This document shows, piece after piece, positions 1-9,249 of a DNA stretch of 60,538 bases (the first letter of the stretch is position 1; each line of letters opens with the position of its first letter). The stretch comes from an uncultured Candidatus Poseidoniales archaeon (GTDB lineage: Archaea; Thermoplasmatota; Poseidoniia; Poseidoniales; CAYMED01), in NCBI GenBank assembly GCA_964389655.1, contig CAYMED010000007.1, positions 31,399 to 91,936 on the forward strand, given 5' to 3'. A program made the position numbers and the translations under genes. The notes beneath the pieces are model-generated. The model saw nothing but the letters and a program-made list of their open reading frames with translations. It was not told the DNA's origin and did no database searches.

Positions 1-419
1 TCGAGAATATTTGTCAGATCCCTTGGAGTCAAATCAACACCCCCTCCTCGAACCGCACCTGCGGGAATAGCTTTGGCCAATTGCTTTCCTAGATCCTTGC
101 ACATAGCTAGAGCATCGGATGCCACGAGGTCAGTAGCCAGCATGCGGACCCCGCAATTGATGTCAAAACCAACCCCACCTGGAGATACGACTCCTTCGGT
201 CAAATCAGTGGCTACAACGCCGCCAATCGGAAATCCATAGCCATGATGCCAATCCGCCATTGCCCACACGGGACCAACAACCCCGGGTAGATGTGCAGTA
301 TTTCGGACCTGTTCGATGGTTCGCGGGTCACCATGGTTCTCCCAAGCAATTTGATCTGCAACGACCTTCCCCTCAACACGCATTTTGCCGGACTTTGGGA
401 TCGTTTGTACATACCCCAT
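1..419 (-). CDS. rtcB: RNA-splicing ligase RtcB (5' part; runs off the left edge)
   Basis: Not in the ORF track. Manual translation from ATG at 419 gives MGYVQTIPKSGKMRVEG...EQVRNTAHLPGVVGPVWAMADWHHGYGFPIGGVVATD...VVSPGGVGFDINCGVRML, with the RtcB DxHxGYGFPIGGV and GFDINCG metal-binding motifs. Confidence 0.95.
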   Translation of the reverse strand, partial: MGYVQTIPKSGKMRVEGKVVADQIAWENHGDPRTIEQVRNTAHLPGVVGPVWAMADWHHGYGFPIGGVVATDLTEGVVSPGGVGFDINCGVRMLATDLVASDALAMCKDLGKQLAKAIPAGAVRGGGVDLTPRDLTNIL

Positions 420-488
420 TTTGACTCCCACAGATGGGGCTTTGGTCGAATGGTTTTCAGTCCTTGCACCCTACCCGCACCGAGAAGC

Positions 489-3311
489 ATGGACCTGCCC
501 GGCGACCTTCCCGTATTCGTCACTCGTGGATACACGCGCTTGAAGTGCCGCGTCACCAGCCTCTCATTTTGGTCTAAAGATAAAGCAAAAGAGACCTGTG
601 GCGATACTGAAGAAGACCCTTACACGTTCATTGGAAATCCCATCATCACTGGTTTTCCCGAGCGCGGGACTGCCCTTAAGGATAGAATGAGAGAGAGTTT
701 CATCAGTTTCTTTGAGCAACGAGACCACAAAAGGGTGGAACCGTACCCTGTGCTGGCGAGATGGCGGGATGATATTCACCTTACTATTGCATCAATAGCC
801 GATTTCCAGCCGCATGTGACAAGCGGGTTGGTCCCTCCACCCGCTAACCCTTTGGTGATATCACAACCCTGTATTCGCCTAACTGATGTGGCAAGTGTAG
901 GCAGATCAGGACGGCATTTGACGACATTTGAGATGATGGCACATCACGCATTCAATCGTCCCCTTGAGGCAGAAGTCCACTATTGGATTGAAAAATGCAT
1001 TGAGATGTGCGATGATTATCTGGTCAAGGATCTAGGGATTGACCCACAATCGATCACATATGTCGAGAACCCGTGGTCAGGAGGGGGTAATGCGGGCCCA
1101 GCAGTTGAAGTGATTGTAGGAGGGCTAGAACTTGCAACACTCGTGTTTATGAATCTCGAGGAAGATGAAGAAGGCCCCATTGGCCTAAAAGGCTCAAATT
1201 GGAAAGAAATGCCCTTGCAGATCATTGATACGGGCTATGGACTTGAGCGGTTTTGTTGGGCTGCTGCAGGAACTCCAACAATCTATGACGCCATATACCC
1301 TGAAACCGTGGCATATCTGAAAGATGCCTGTGATTGGTCTGGAAAAATGTCCGCACTTGGTAATCTCGATATTGAACGAATATTGTCAGAGACGAGTAGA
1401 CTCGCAGGGATACTAAATCTAGACCTCGGAGGTGATTTATCCCCCCTCCGTCATCGCCTTCTTGTGCGCCTAGAGGAAGTCGGTGTGTCGATTGATGAGC
1501 CCACACTTCTAGCAGTAACTGAGCCTCTTGAGGCCATTTACGGGATTTCAGACCACCTACAAGCACTCTGTATGATGTTGGGGGATGGACTAATCCCATC
1601 AAACGCGAGGGCAGGATATCTTGCTCGAATGATCGCTCGCCGCACTTTGCGGCTGCGCGACCGAATTGGAATATCGATCTCACTAGCCGATCTTGCTATC
1701 ATGCATCTCGACTACCATGCGCCCCCCCTAAATACACAAACACGTGATGGGATACATGAGGTATTAGCAGGGGAAGAGGCCCGTTACAACACGATGCTAG
1801 ATCGTGGACAAGCGGCCGTACGCCGTGTTCTAAGCGAAATTCCGAAACATGTGACGCAGATTGATGATGACCTTCTCTTTGGATTGAATGACTCGCATGG
1901 CCTCCCTCCTGAAACAACCATTGAAATCGCACAACGTGAAGGGTGGAGTAAACTCAAGGTACGTGCTGGAATCGAAGCGGAAATTGCGCAACGTCATGCG
2001 GAAATGGCTAGGACACGGGCAAAATCATCCGCTGCCCAATCACATCTGCCCGTTGGACATGGACACCCTGCGACTAAACGCCTAGACCGTGTTGATGCCT
2101 ATGCCACATCCACAGCTGCAAAGGTATTGGGATGTTACCCTATTGAAGACAAATACGGAATTGTCCTAGACCAGACAGTCTTCTATCCCGAAGGAGGAGG
2201 GCAGGCATGTGACCTAGGAAGACTTGTTGCTGATGAGTTTGAGTTAGAGATCATAGATTGTCAATCAGAAGGAGAAATTGTACTTCATATCGCACAGGAG
2301 AAGTTGGAGGTAGGGACATCTGTTTTTGTCCAAATCGATGCAATGCGCAGGCGCAAGTTGATGGATCATCACACATCAGTCCATATTGTGGGTGGTGCGG
2401 CTAGGAAAATATTGGGACCGCACATTTTCCAAGCAGGTGCAAATAAGAGCGCTGAAGGGGCAAGGCTTGACATCACACATCACAAACGCCTCACTCGTTC
2501 AGATCTTGATTCTATTGAGGCATTGTCTAATGACGTTCTTCTAAGCGTAAGAACTACAGAAAAGTTAGAACTATCTCGTGCCACTGCTGATCAGGCCTAC
2601 GGCTTTGACCTATACCAAGGAGGTCCTCCAAAAGGAGCAGTCATTCGGATCCTGAAAATTGCTGAGCATGACATTCAGGCATGTGGTGGAACACACCATG
2701 ATGATCTCGCACTGATTGGTCAAATTCGAGTTCTTCGAAGCAGCTCACCATCTGACGGGGTGGAACGCCTCCATATTGTCGCCGGATCAGCGGCACTTGA
2801 GCATGCCCGCTTGCAATCTCAGCAATTAGAGGAAGTTGCATTAGCACTTGCTGTCGACTCGCAAGATCTTCTCAAATCATGCCAGAGGTTCTTTGGAGAG
2901 TGGAAAGATCAACGAAAGCGCATTGATGCATTGGAAGGGGAAATTGCACGGCTCAAAACATCGAGTAGTGTGAATGAATCACCAGTTATTGATGGAGTAC
3001 GCATCATCATCATGGAAACAGAAGGAGGCCTTGGAGAATTACAACGCCTTTCTGCAGAACTAACCCGTGACGAAAGCATACCCACGGTGGCAGTACTTGG
3101 AAGCCGCACTGGAGGGGCAAAATTGCTCATTGCAGTTACTGATAGAACCATCGCATCTGAGAAATGGGACGCTTCAGTCTTACTCCGAGAGATCTCACCC
3201 CACATTGGGGGAGGGGGTGGAGGAAGCCGGATCTTCGCCCAAGGGGGTGGGAGTAATGCTGATGGCCTCTCAGCGGCCCTTGACTCTGCCAAATCGTTCT
3301 TAGGAATCTGA
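489..3311 (+). CDS. alaS: Alanine--tRNA ligase, archaeal type
   Basis: Motifs TIASIADFQP, QPCIR, GRHLTTFEMM, WSGGGNAGP and IDTGYGLER; editing domain HHTSVH...CGGTH; C-terminal GGGG DHHA1 domain. Start moved from 291 to ATG 489 (MDLPGDL) because 291-419 overlaps rtcB. Confidence 0.96.
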   Translation: MDLPGDLPVFVTRGYTRLKCRVTSLSFWSKDKAKETCGDTEEDPYTFIGNPIITGFPERGTALKDRMRESFISFFEQRDHKRVEPYPVLARWRDDIHLTIASIADFQPHVTSGLVPPPANPLVISQPCIRLTDVASVGRSGRHLTTFEMMAHHAFNRPLEAEVHYWIEKCIEMCDDYLVKDLGIDPQSITYVENPWSGGGNAGPAVEVIVGGLELATLVFMNLEEDEEGPIGLKGSNWKEMPLQIIDTGYGLERFCWAAAGTPTIYDAIYPETVAYLKDACDWSGKMSALGNLDIERILSETSRLAGILNLDLGGDLSPLRHRLLVRLEEVGVSIDEPTLLAVTEPLEAIYGISDHLQALCMMLGDGLIPSNARAGYLARMIARRTLRLRDRIGISISLADLAIMHLDYHAPPLNTQTRDGIHEVLAGEEARYNTMLDRGQAAVRRVLSEIPKHVTQIDDDLLFGLNDSHGLPPETTIEIAQREGWSKLKVRAGIEAEIAQRHAEMARTRAKSSAAQSHLPVGHGHPATKRLDRVDAYATSTAAKVLGCYPIEDKYGIVLDQTVFYPEGGGQACDLGRLVADEFELEIIDCQSEGEIVLHIAQEKLEVGTSVFVQIDAMRRRKLMDHHTSVHIVGGAARKILGPHIFQAGANKSAEGARLDITHHKRLTRSDLDSIEALSNDVLLSVRTTEKLELSRATADQAYGFDLYQGGPPKGAVIRILKIAEHDIQACGGTHHDDLALIGQIRVLRSSSPSDGVERLHIVAGSAALEHARLQSQQLEEVALALAVDSQDLLKSCQRFFGEWKDQRKRIDALEGEIARLKTSSSVNESPVIDGVRIIIMETEGGLGELQRLSAELTRDESIPTVAVLGSRTGGAKLLIAVTDRTIASEKWDASVLLREISPHIGGGGGGSRIFAQGGGSNADGLSAALDSAKSFLGI

Positions 3312-3318
3312 ATGGGAA

Positions 3319-4110
3319 TTATGATCTAGAATCCTCGAGGAGTTTTTCCAGTGCTGAACGATCAAATGCTGACCCCACCCGACGGATTGCAACCCCAATT
3401 GGAACCCACGCCAATTCGCTGATTTCATCGGGTTTCGGTATGAGCTCGACACTCGAATTAATGGAAGACCGATAAGTAAAGGAGACATAATTTAGCCCAG
3501 CATTGGTAAATATTTGACTATCAATGTGAGTCCATCCCCTTGGCTCCCACCCCTCAGAAATTTCTAGAGAGATGCCTGCTTCTTCTAGAGCCTCTCGTTG
3601 AGCACCTCTTGCAGGGTGCTCCCCATGGTCGAGATAACCACCTAAAAGAGTCCATTGTCCAACAAAGAAGCCCCGACGGACTTTGCCAATCAGGACATCA
3701 CCTCTTTCATTCTCAACGATGACTTTGGATACGAGGCGGTGGATGGTGCGATACACAGATTCGCGGAGGACGGGGTCCGCTGATGAATCAGAGATCACAT
3801 CATCTTTCCACGCCCATTCATCGGGCCACCCCACATCGATGGGGGATGCGATTTGAATCGAGATAGTACGTATGCCAAATTGAACTTTAATGGAGGACTT
3901 GACATTCCATTTTAACTTTGCAGATCGCGCTTCTTCAGGCGTTGGCAGTCGCACTTCGATGCCCTGGCTAGTCCTCCCCGGCACGGGAAGGCAAGGACCA
4001 TTTCCATCTGGGTCAACGGTGAATATTTTGCCATCTGTTTCGAGATGGACATACACCTCATTCTCGGCCATGTGGTGAGGACCGCGAGACCCCATGATAA
4101 TTGTGCCCAA
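3319..4110 (-). CDS. NUDIX hydrolase with an N-terminal extension
   Basis: Nudix box GGYLDHGEHPARGAQREALEEAG. The likelier start is ATG 4071 (MAENEV). Confidence 0.88.
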   Translation of the reverse strand: MGTIIMGSRGPHHMAENEVYVHLETDGKIFTVDPDGNGPCLPVPGRTSQGIEVRLPTPEEARSAKLKWNVKSSIKVQFGIRTISIQIASPIDVGWPDEWAWKDDVISDSSADPVLRESVYRTIHRLVSKVIVENERGDVLIGKVRRGFFVGQWTLLGGYLDHGEHPARGAQREALEEAGISLEISEGWEPRGWTHIDSQIFTNAGLNYVSFTYRSSINSSVELIPKPDEISELAWVPIGVAIRRVGSAFDRSALEKLLEDSRS

Positions 4111-4120
4111 TTCGAGCAGG

Positions 4121-5065
4121 CTAATACCCGAGAATCTCAGTTAATTGTTCCTTGTAAAATCGGCCAGATCCTTGCAAGCTAGCTAATTCGTCATCTGTAA
4201 GTTCTAACTCAATAATCCGCTCAACACCATTCCGGCCAAGTATTACTGGAACGCCTATGTAAACATCTTGCAATCCATATTTCCCTGTCAAATAGGCACT
4301 AGCAGGAATCAGGCGCTTACGGTCCTTAACGACGGATTCGGCCATGATCGCAGCTGCAGAACCAGGGGCATAGAATGCAGACCCATTCTCCAAAAGCTTG
4401 ACGATTTCACCCCCCCCTCCTGCGGTTCGTTTGCAGATACTATCAATCCTATCCGCATCTAGTAACTGCGTGATGGAAATACCTCCCACCGTGGTATATC
4501 TCGGTAGAGGGACCATTGTATCTCCATGCCCACCTAGCACCATAGCAGTGACATCTTCATTAGAACAGCCAAGTGCTTGTGCGACAAAATGCGTCATACG
4601 GGCAGAATCTAGGATGCCTGCTTGTCCAACAACCCGAGAGGGGGAAAAACCAGTTACCTTTTGCATGTGATAAGTCATCAAATCAAGGGGATTTGTAACC
4701 ATGATGACAACAGCATTCGGTGCATGTTCCCGCACTCCAGCCCCTACTTGCGAAATTATGTCTGCATTTTTACCAATAAGATCCTCTCTAGACATGCCAG
4801 GTTGACGGGGAAAACCACTAGTAACTACGACCACATCTGAATCAGCAATATCTGCATAATCAGAAGTCCCAGAAACGGTGCCGTCATAGTTGAGAACTTG
4901 GCCACCTTGACTCATGTCAAGTGCTTTCCCTTTAGCAAACCCCTCAAATATGTCGAGAAGGACAATATCACCTAGTTTTCGCTCTGCTAGCACAAAAGCA
5001 CATGTTGCACCTACATTTCCTGCTCCAATGACGGCAATCTTGGCACGTCCTGAATCATTTCCCAT
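4121..5065 (-). CDS. mdh: Malate dehydrogenase (LDH-like, NAD-dependent)
   Basis: Motifs GAGNVG, GKALD, PRQPGMSREDL (MDH Arg loop), VTNPLD, LDSAR, GGHGD and SAFYAP. Confidence 0.95.
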   Translation of the reverse strand: MGNDSGRAKIAVIGAGNVGATCAFVLAERKLGDIVLLDIFEGFAKGKALDMSQGGQVLNYDGTVSGTSDYADIADSDVVVVTSGFPRQPGMSREDLIGKNADIISQVGAGVREHAPNAVVIMVTNPLDLMTYHMQKVTGFSPSRVVGQAGILDSARMTHFVAQALGCSNEDVTAMVLGGHGDTMVPLPRYTTVGGISITQLLDADRIDSICKRTAGGGGEIVKLLENGSAFYAPGSAAAIMAESVVKDRKRLIPASAYLTGKYGLQDVYIGVPVILGRNGVERIIELELTDDELASLQGSGRFYKEQLTEILGY

Positions 5066-5224
5066 GAGTTGCCGGAGTGGGTATAGTGCATAGCGATTGC
5101 GCGGGTATCATCATATTCGTCTATGTACTAGATGCGAGACGTTCAAGAACTCTATTCGCCCCCCTATTCTCATCATTCACCGGATGGAATCCGGAGACAT
5201 GACTCGCAAAATGGAGACTGCACA

Positions 5225-6388
5225 ATGAAACTCGGAGTTCTCAAGGAAAGTGAAGATGAAACGAGAGTCGCAATTGTGCCAAATTCCATTCCTAAACTCA
5301 GCAAAATTGGGTTTGAGGTCCTAGTTGAAAACGACGCAGGGAAAAGTGCATTTCATGAGAATTCGGAATATGAGGCAAAGGGAGCTGTGATCGAATCTAG
5401 AAAAGCCGTGCTTGATGCTGACTTGCTTGTCTCAATCGGGACGCCAGACATTTCGAGCGTTTTGCCAAAAAAGATGTTAATCTGTATCTCTGACCCATTT
5501 CGCCGGCCTAAGCGCATCAAGGAGGCAATTGATGCTGGAATTACCCTATTCAGCATGGATATGATACCTCGGCGCTTGTCTAGGGCTCAGGCAATGGATG
5601 TAAATTCAAGCCAAGACAATCTTGCAGGATACAAAGCAGTTCTTCTTGGGGCAGCCCACGTTCCCAAGGGTATCCCAATGATGACCACATCGGCAGGTAC
5701 AATCCGCCCAGCAAAATTTGTCATCATGGGGAGTGGCGTCGCAGGTTTGCAAGCCATTGCCACTGCAAAAAGAATCGGAGCAGTAGTCTATGCATCAGAC
5801 GTACGCCGTTCTGCTGCTGAACAGATTGAATCAGTAGGTGGTCGTTTCATCGAAGTTGAAGGGATGGACGATTTTGAGGACGAGGCTGGTTATGCCAAGC
5901 CTCTGACACCAGAGTTCATCCAAAAAGTCAATGAGACTGTCTGTGAAGTCGCGAAGGATGCTGATGTCATCATCACAACTGCCCGGATTTTCGGTAGACC
6001 CGCACCCATCACTGTGCCTAGCGATGCAGTTCAATCCTTTAAGCCCGGTTCAGTCATCGTGGATATGAATGCAGATGTAGGTGGCAATTGCGAATTAACA
6101 AAAGCAGGGGAGGTCATAGTTACTGGGAATGGAGTAACTGTTGTTGGTATGTGTAACCTTCCGGGTCAGCTAGCAAATTCCGCTAGCATGCTGTTCTCAA
6201 ATAACATCACCACATTTGCAAGCACGCTGGTTAAAGATGGCGAACTATCCATTGACCTCGAGGATGAGATTCTAGTCGGAGCTGCTGAAGGAAGTGACTT
6301 TCACGTCCCTGGCATGGGTGGTGTGCTCATTTGCCATGAGGGATCTATGCATGAAAAACAGACACGCTTGATGGAGGCAATAGAATGA
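5225..6388 (+). CDS. pntAA: NAD(P) transhydrogenase subunit alpha, part 1 (dI)
   Basis: MKLGVLKES..ETRVA, RAQAMD, AGYKAV, GxGVAGLQAIATAKR, EDEAGYAK and GGNCELT motifs. Start set at ATG 5225. Confidence 0.93.
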   Translation: MKLGVLKESEDETRVAIVPNSIPKLSKIGFEVLVENDAGKSAFHENSEYEAKGAVIESRKAVLDADLLVSIGTPDISSVLPKKMLICISDPFRRPKRIKEAIDAGITLFSMDMIPRRLSRAQAMDVNSSQDNLAGYKAVLLGAAHVPKGIPMMTTSAGTIRPAKFVIMGSGVAGLQAIATAKRIGAVVYASDVRRSAAEQIESVGGRFIEVEGMDDFEDEAGYAKPLTPEFIQKVNETVCEVAKDADVIITTARIFGRPAPITVPSDAVQSFKPGSVIVDMNADVGGNCELTKAGEVIVTGNGVTVVGMCNLPGQLANSASMLFSNNITTFASTLVKDGELSIDLEDEILVGAAEGSDFHVPGMGGVLICHEGSMHEKQTRLMEAIE

Positions 6389-6702
6389 CGCTCACCCTTG
6401 CCGCATTGATTGCCAGCATCACAGTATTCATACTAGCGATATTCCTTGGTTTTGAACTGATTAGCAAGGTACCGCCAACTCTTCACACGCCACTTATGTC
6501 CGGAGCAAATGCCATCTCAGGGATCACGATTGTGGGGGCCTTGATTCTGTCAAATGCTGCATTCAACAATGGAAATCCTGGAACTGCTGCGTGGTTAGCA
6601 TTTGCAGCACTAGTCATGGCCACTATCAATGCTGTTGGTGGTTTTATGGTCACGAATAGGATGCTAGAGATGATCGCTGGAAAGAGAAAGAGGGGGGTTT
6701 GA
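6385..6702 (+). CDS. pntAB: NAD(P) transhydrogenase subunit alpha, part 2 (membrane)
   Basis: VPPTLHTPLMSGANAISG and INAVGGFMVTNRML motifs; ATGA overlap with pntAA. Confidence 0.95.
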   Translation: MTLTLAALIASITVFILAIFLGFELISKVPPTLHTPLMSGANAISGITIVGALILSNAAFNNGNPGTAAWLAFAALVMATINAVGGFMVTNRMLEMIAGKRKRGV

Positions 6703-6703
6703 G

Positions 6704-8167
6704 ATGTCTGCATCAGAGGTCACAATCGATCCAGCCATCTATGACCTTGGATATTTGGTTGCTGCTTCCTTGTTCATCTTTGGAATCAAGCGCCTATCAA
6801 GCCCCAGAACTGCACCTTCCGGTAACCGCCTAGGGGCGTCTGGCATGTTTCTTGCAGTCGTCGTTACCTTAGCGAGAATGGCTGATGAAGGAATTATAGG
6901 CTGGGAATTAATCATCGCGGGACTTGTTGTCGGCACTTTGATTGGTGCATGGATGGCAATTCGGGTCAAAATGACGGGGATGCCTGAACTTGTTGCTTTA
7001 TTCAATGGGTTTGGAGGCGCTGCTTCAGCACTCGTTGGCCTTTCTGAAGCGCTAGGCCGTATTGAAGATGGAGCAATACCTGAATCCGGCATTGAATTGT
7101 ACGCAATTTGGATTGCTATTGGTCTATGCGGAATAGTGGGCTGGCTCACACTTACGGGAAGCCTTGTCGCCATGGGCAAATTAATGGGTGGTTTCTACAT
7201 TCCTTTCAGCAAGAAGGATGAGAAAGGCCGAGGGAAATGGGTGGATTTTCCTACTTGGGGGCCCGGTTGGCTGAATTATGTGAAGGGGTTGTTACTCATT
7301 GTTTCGGTGAGTCTCATCTATCTAACAATTCAGGAACCCACAAATCAAGGATATATTTACGCACTTGTAGGAGTCTCTTGCTTGCTCGGAGTATTGTTTG
7401 TACTCCCAATTGGAGGGGCTGACATGCCAGTTGTTGTCAGCCTTCTGAACTCATTATCTGGAATTGCCGCAGCATTTACTGGATTTGTAATAGGAAATAA
7501 TGTTCTGATTATTGCTGGCTCGATGGTGGGGGCAGCGGGATTAATTCTCACATTCATCATGTGCAAAGCGATGAATAGAACACTCACAGCAGTATTATTC
7601 AAATCATTTGGAGGGGGCGGTCGAGAAACAGTTACTAGGACTAAAGTCGGCAGTGATCCAGAAGAAGTTGCAATGGTTTGCGATGGAATTGGAAAATGCG
7701 TAATCATACCCGGTTATGGAATGGCCGTCAGCCAAGCACAACACGCGGTAAAAGAATTTGCAGACCTAATGGAAGAAAGAGATGTAGAAGTCAGTTATGG
7801 CATCCACCCCGTTGCTGGACGGATGCCAGGCCACATGAATGTCTTACTTGCTGAAGCAAATGTGCCCTATGAGCAACTCATCGAAATGGATGACATCAAT
7901 TCTGAGCTTACCGAAACTGACGTTGCAGTGATCATTGGAGCCAATGACACGATCAATCCAGTAGCCCGTAGTGGTGAAGGGCCTTTAGGCGGTATGCCAA
8001 TCATTGATGCTGATAAAGCAAGGACGGTTGTAATCATCAAGCGAAGTCTTTCGGTTGGCTATGCAGGAGTAGACAATGACCTCTTTTATGATGACAAAAC
8101 GATGATGCTCTTTGGAGATGGAAAAGCCATGATGAATGAATTGAATGCTGCCATAAAGACCAGTTGA
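6704..8167 (+). CDS. pntB: NAD(P) transhydrogenase subunit beta
   Basis: MTGMPELVALFNGFGG, PIGGADMPVVVSLLNS, PGYGMAVSQAQH, HPVAGRMPGHMNVLLAEA and IGANDTINP motifs. Confidence 0.97.
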   Translation: MSASEVTIDPAIYDLGYLVAASLFIFGIKRLSSPRTAPSGNRLGASGMFLAVVVTLARMADEGIIGWELIIAGLVVGTLIGAWMAIRVKMTGMPELVALFNGFGGAASALVGLSEALGRIEDGAIPESGIELYAIWIAIGLCGIVGWLTLTGSLVAMGKLMGGFYIPFSKKDEKGRGKWVDFPTWGPGWLNYVKGLLLIVSVSLIYLTIQEPTNQGYIYALVGVSCLLGVLFVLPIGGADMPVVVSLLNSLSGIAAAFTGFVIGNNVLIIAGSMVGAAGLILTFIMCKAMNRTLTAVLFKSFGGGGRETVTRTKVGSDPEEVAMVCDGIGKCVIIPGYGMAVSQAQHAVKEFADLMEERDVEVSYGIHPVAGRMPGHMNVLLAEANVPYEQLIEMDDINSELTETDVAVIIGANDTINPVARSGEGPLGGMPIIDADKARTVVIIKRSLSVGYAGVDNDLFYDDKTMMLFGDGKAMMNELNAAIKTS

Positions 8168-8246
8168 TTTTCTCGCCGCAAATAGGCAGATGGCCAAGCA
8201 ACGGTTATGAGGCTCCTTCCGGTCGTGCGTATCAACGGGTGTATTC

Positions 8247-9245
8247 GTGGTTCGATGCGCATTTCGTGTGCTGATTGCTTCATCACTCTTGTTGATCCTT
8301 AGCACGACCTCTGCATACCATGATGGACCACCCCCTGTTGACAACAATCAAGATCTAGTAATTGAGGCTGGATGTACTTGCCACGGTTCGGGAGGGCCAC
8401 TAAATGGAGCATATTCACCTGAAACGATGATCAAGGTCAAAGGTGTTCCGTGGAATTATGAGCCAGGTGTTGAATCAACATGGACAATCAGCATTGAAGC
8501 AGCAGGTTCCACAGTGGGTGGTTTCTTGCTCAACTCCACTACACCGGGCACCTTTACGTGGGCAGAGGATGCCGGAATTAGGCCATCTAAGGGAAGTGGA
8601 TTAGATGCCGGGGCAACTACCGCACCTGCAGAGATTTCTCAGAATGATGCTGACCGTCTTCAGTGGGTAGTCTCCTTCACACCAGACGAAGACGCATCAG
8701 AGCCCCTTTATTTCACGCTGTTTGGAAATGCCGTCAATGGAGATGAAAATTCTGATGAGGGAGATCGCTGGGCATGGGTCCATTTCAATATGGATCCACT
8801 TGCACCGGGAGATGCTGCGCGTGATGATTCAGAGCGAGTCATCATGTCAACTGACAGAAGAACGATAGATGAGGGAGAAGATCCAGAAGCATCAGAAGGG
8901 GCAAACCAAGCCGCTGCCATGGAGTGGGTCTTCACAAATGGGAGTTTAGCATATTTTGCCTCGCTTACACTGCTTATCGTTGCCGCCGTTTTTCAACGAG
9001 AAATCTTTGAGCGCCGTGAAGGAGGAGGACCGATATACCTCGCAAAAGAGATCGCACTTCCGCAAGGAGTCAAGCGAGGAGTGCTCGCAGTAATCCTACT
9101 AGGCATCGGCAGTTATGGGGTGGTAAGCAATTGGCCTCTCCCAATGGTCTGGATACTCTTATTCAGCTCTGCTTGGGCGACATATGGCGTATATCGATCC
9201 ACCCGCATGGCACGTGCACCACCTGCTGTATCTGACATGGTGTGA
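8247..9245 (+). CDS. Exported Reeler/choice-of-anchor-V-like protein with a GCTCHG motif and C-terminal TM helices
   Basis: Sec-like signal peptide; GCTCHG; GVPWNYEPG...TISI...GGF...GNAVNGD..GD pattern of Reeler-like beta-sandwiches; about 3 C-terminal hydrophobic segments. Confidence 0.6.
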   Translation: MVRCAFRVLIASSLLLILSTTSAYHDGPPPVDNNQDLVIEAGCTCHGSGGPLNGAYSPETMIKVKGVPWNYEPGVESTWTISIEAAGSTVGGFLLNSTTPGTFTWAEDAGIRPSKGSGLDAGATTAPAEISQNDADRLQWVVSFTPDEDASEPLYFTLFGNAVNGDENSDEGDRWAWVHFNMDPLAPGDAARDDSERVIMSTDRRTIDEGEDPEASEGANQAAAMEWVFTNGSLAYFASLTLLIVAAVFQREIFERREGGGPIYLAKEIALPQGVKRGVLAVILLGIGSYGVVSNWPLPMVWILLFSSAWATYGVYRSTRMARAPPAVSDMV

Positions 9246-9249
9246 AGGG

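Noticed and set aside
291-488. 66-aa N-terminal extension of AlaRS in the ORF track
   Set aside because: It overlaps rtcB on the opposite strand; AlaRS-like sequence begins near ATG 489.
212-556. 114-aa minus-strand ORF
   Set aside because: It is an alternative frame over rtcB and alaS with no motifs; the real minus-strand frame is rtcB.
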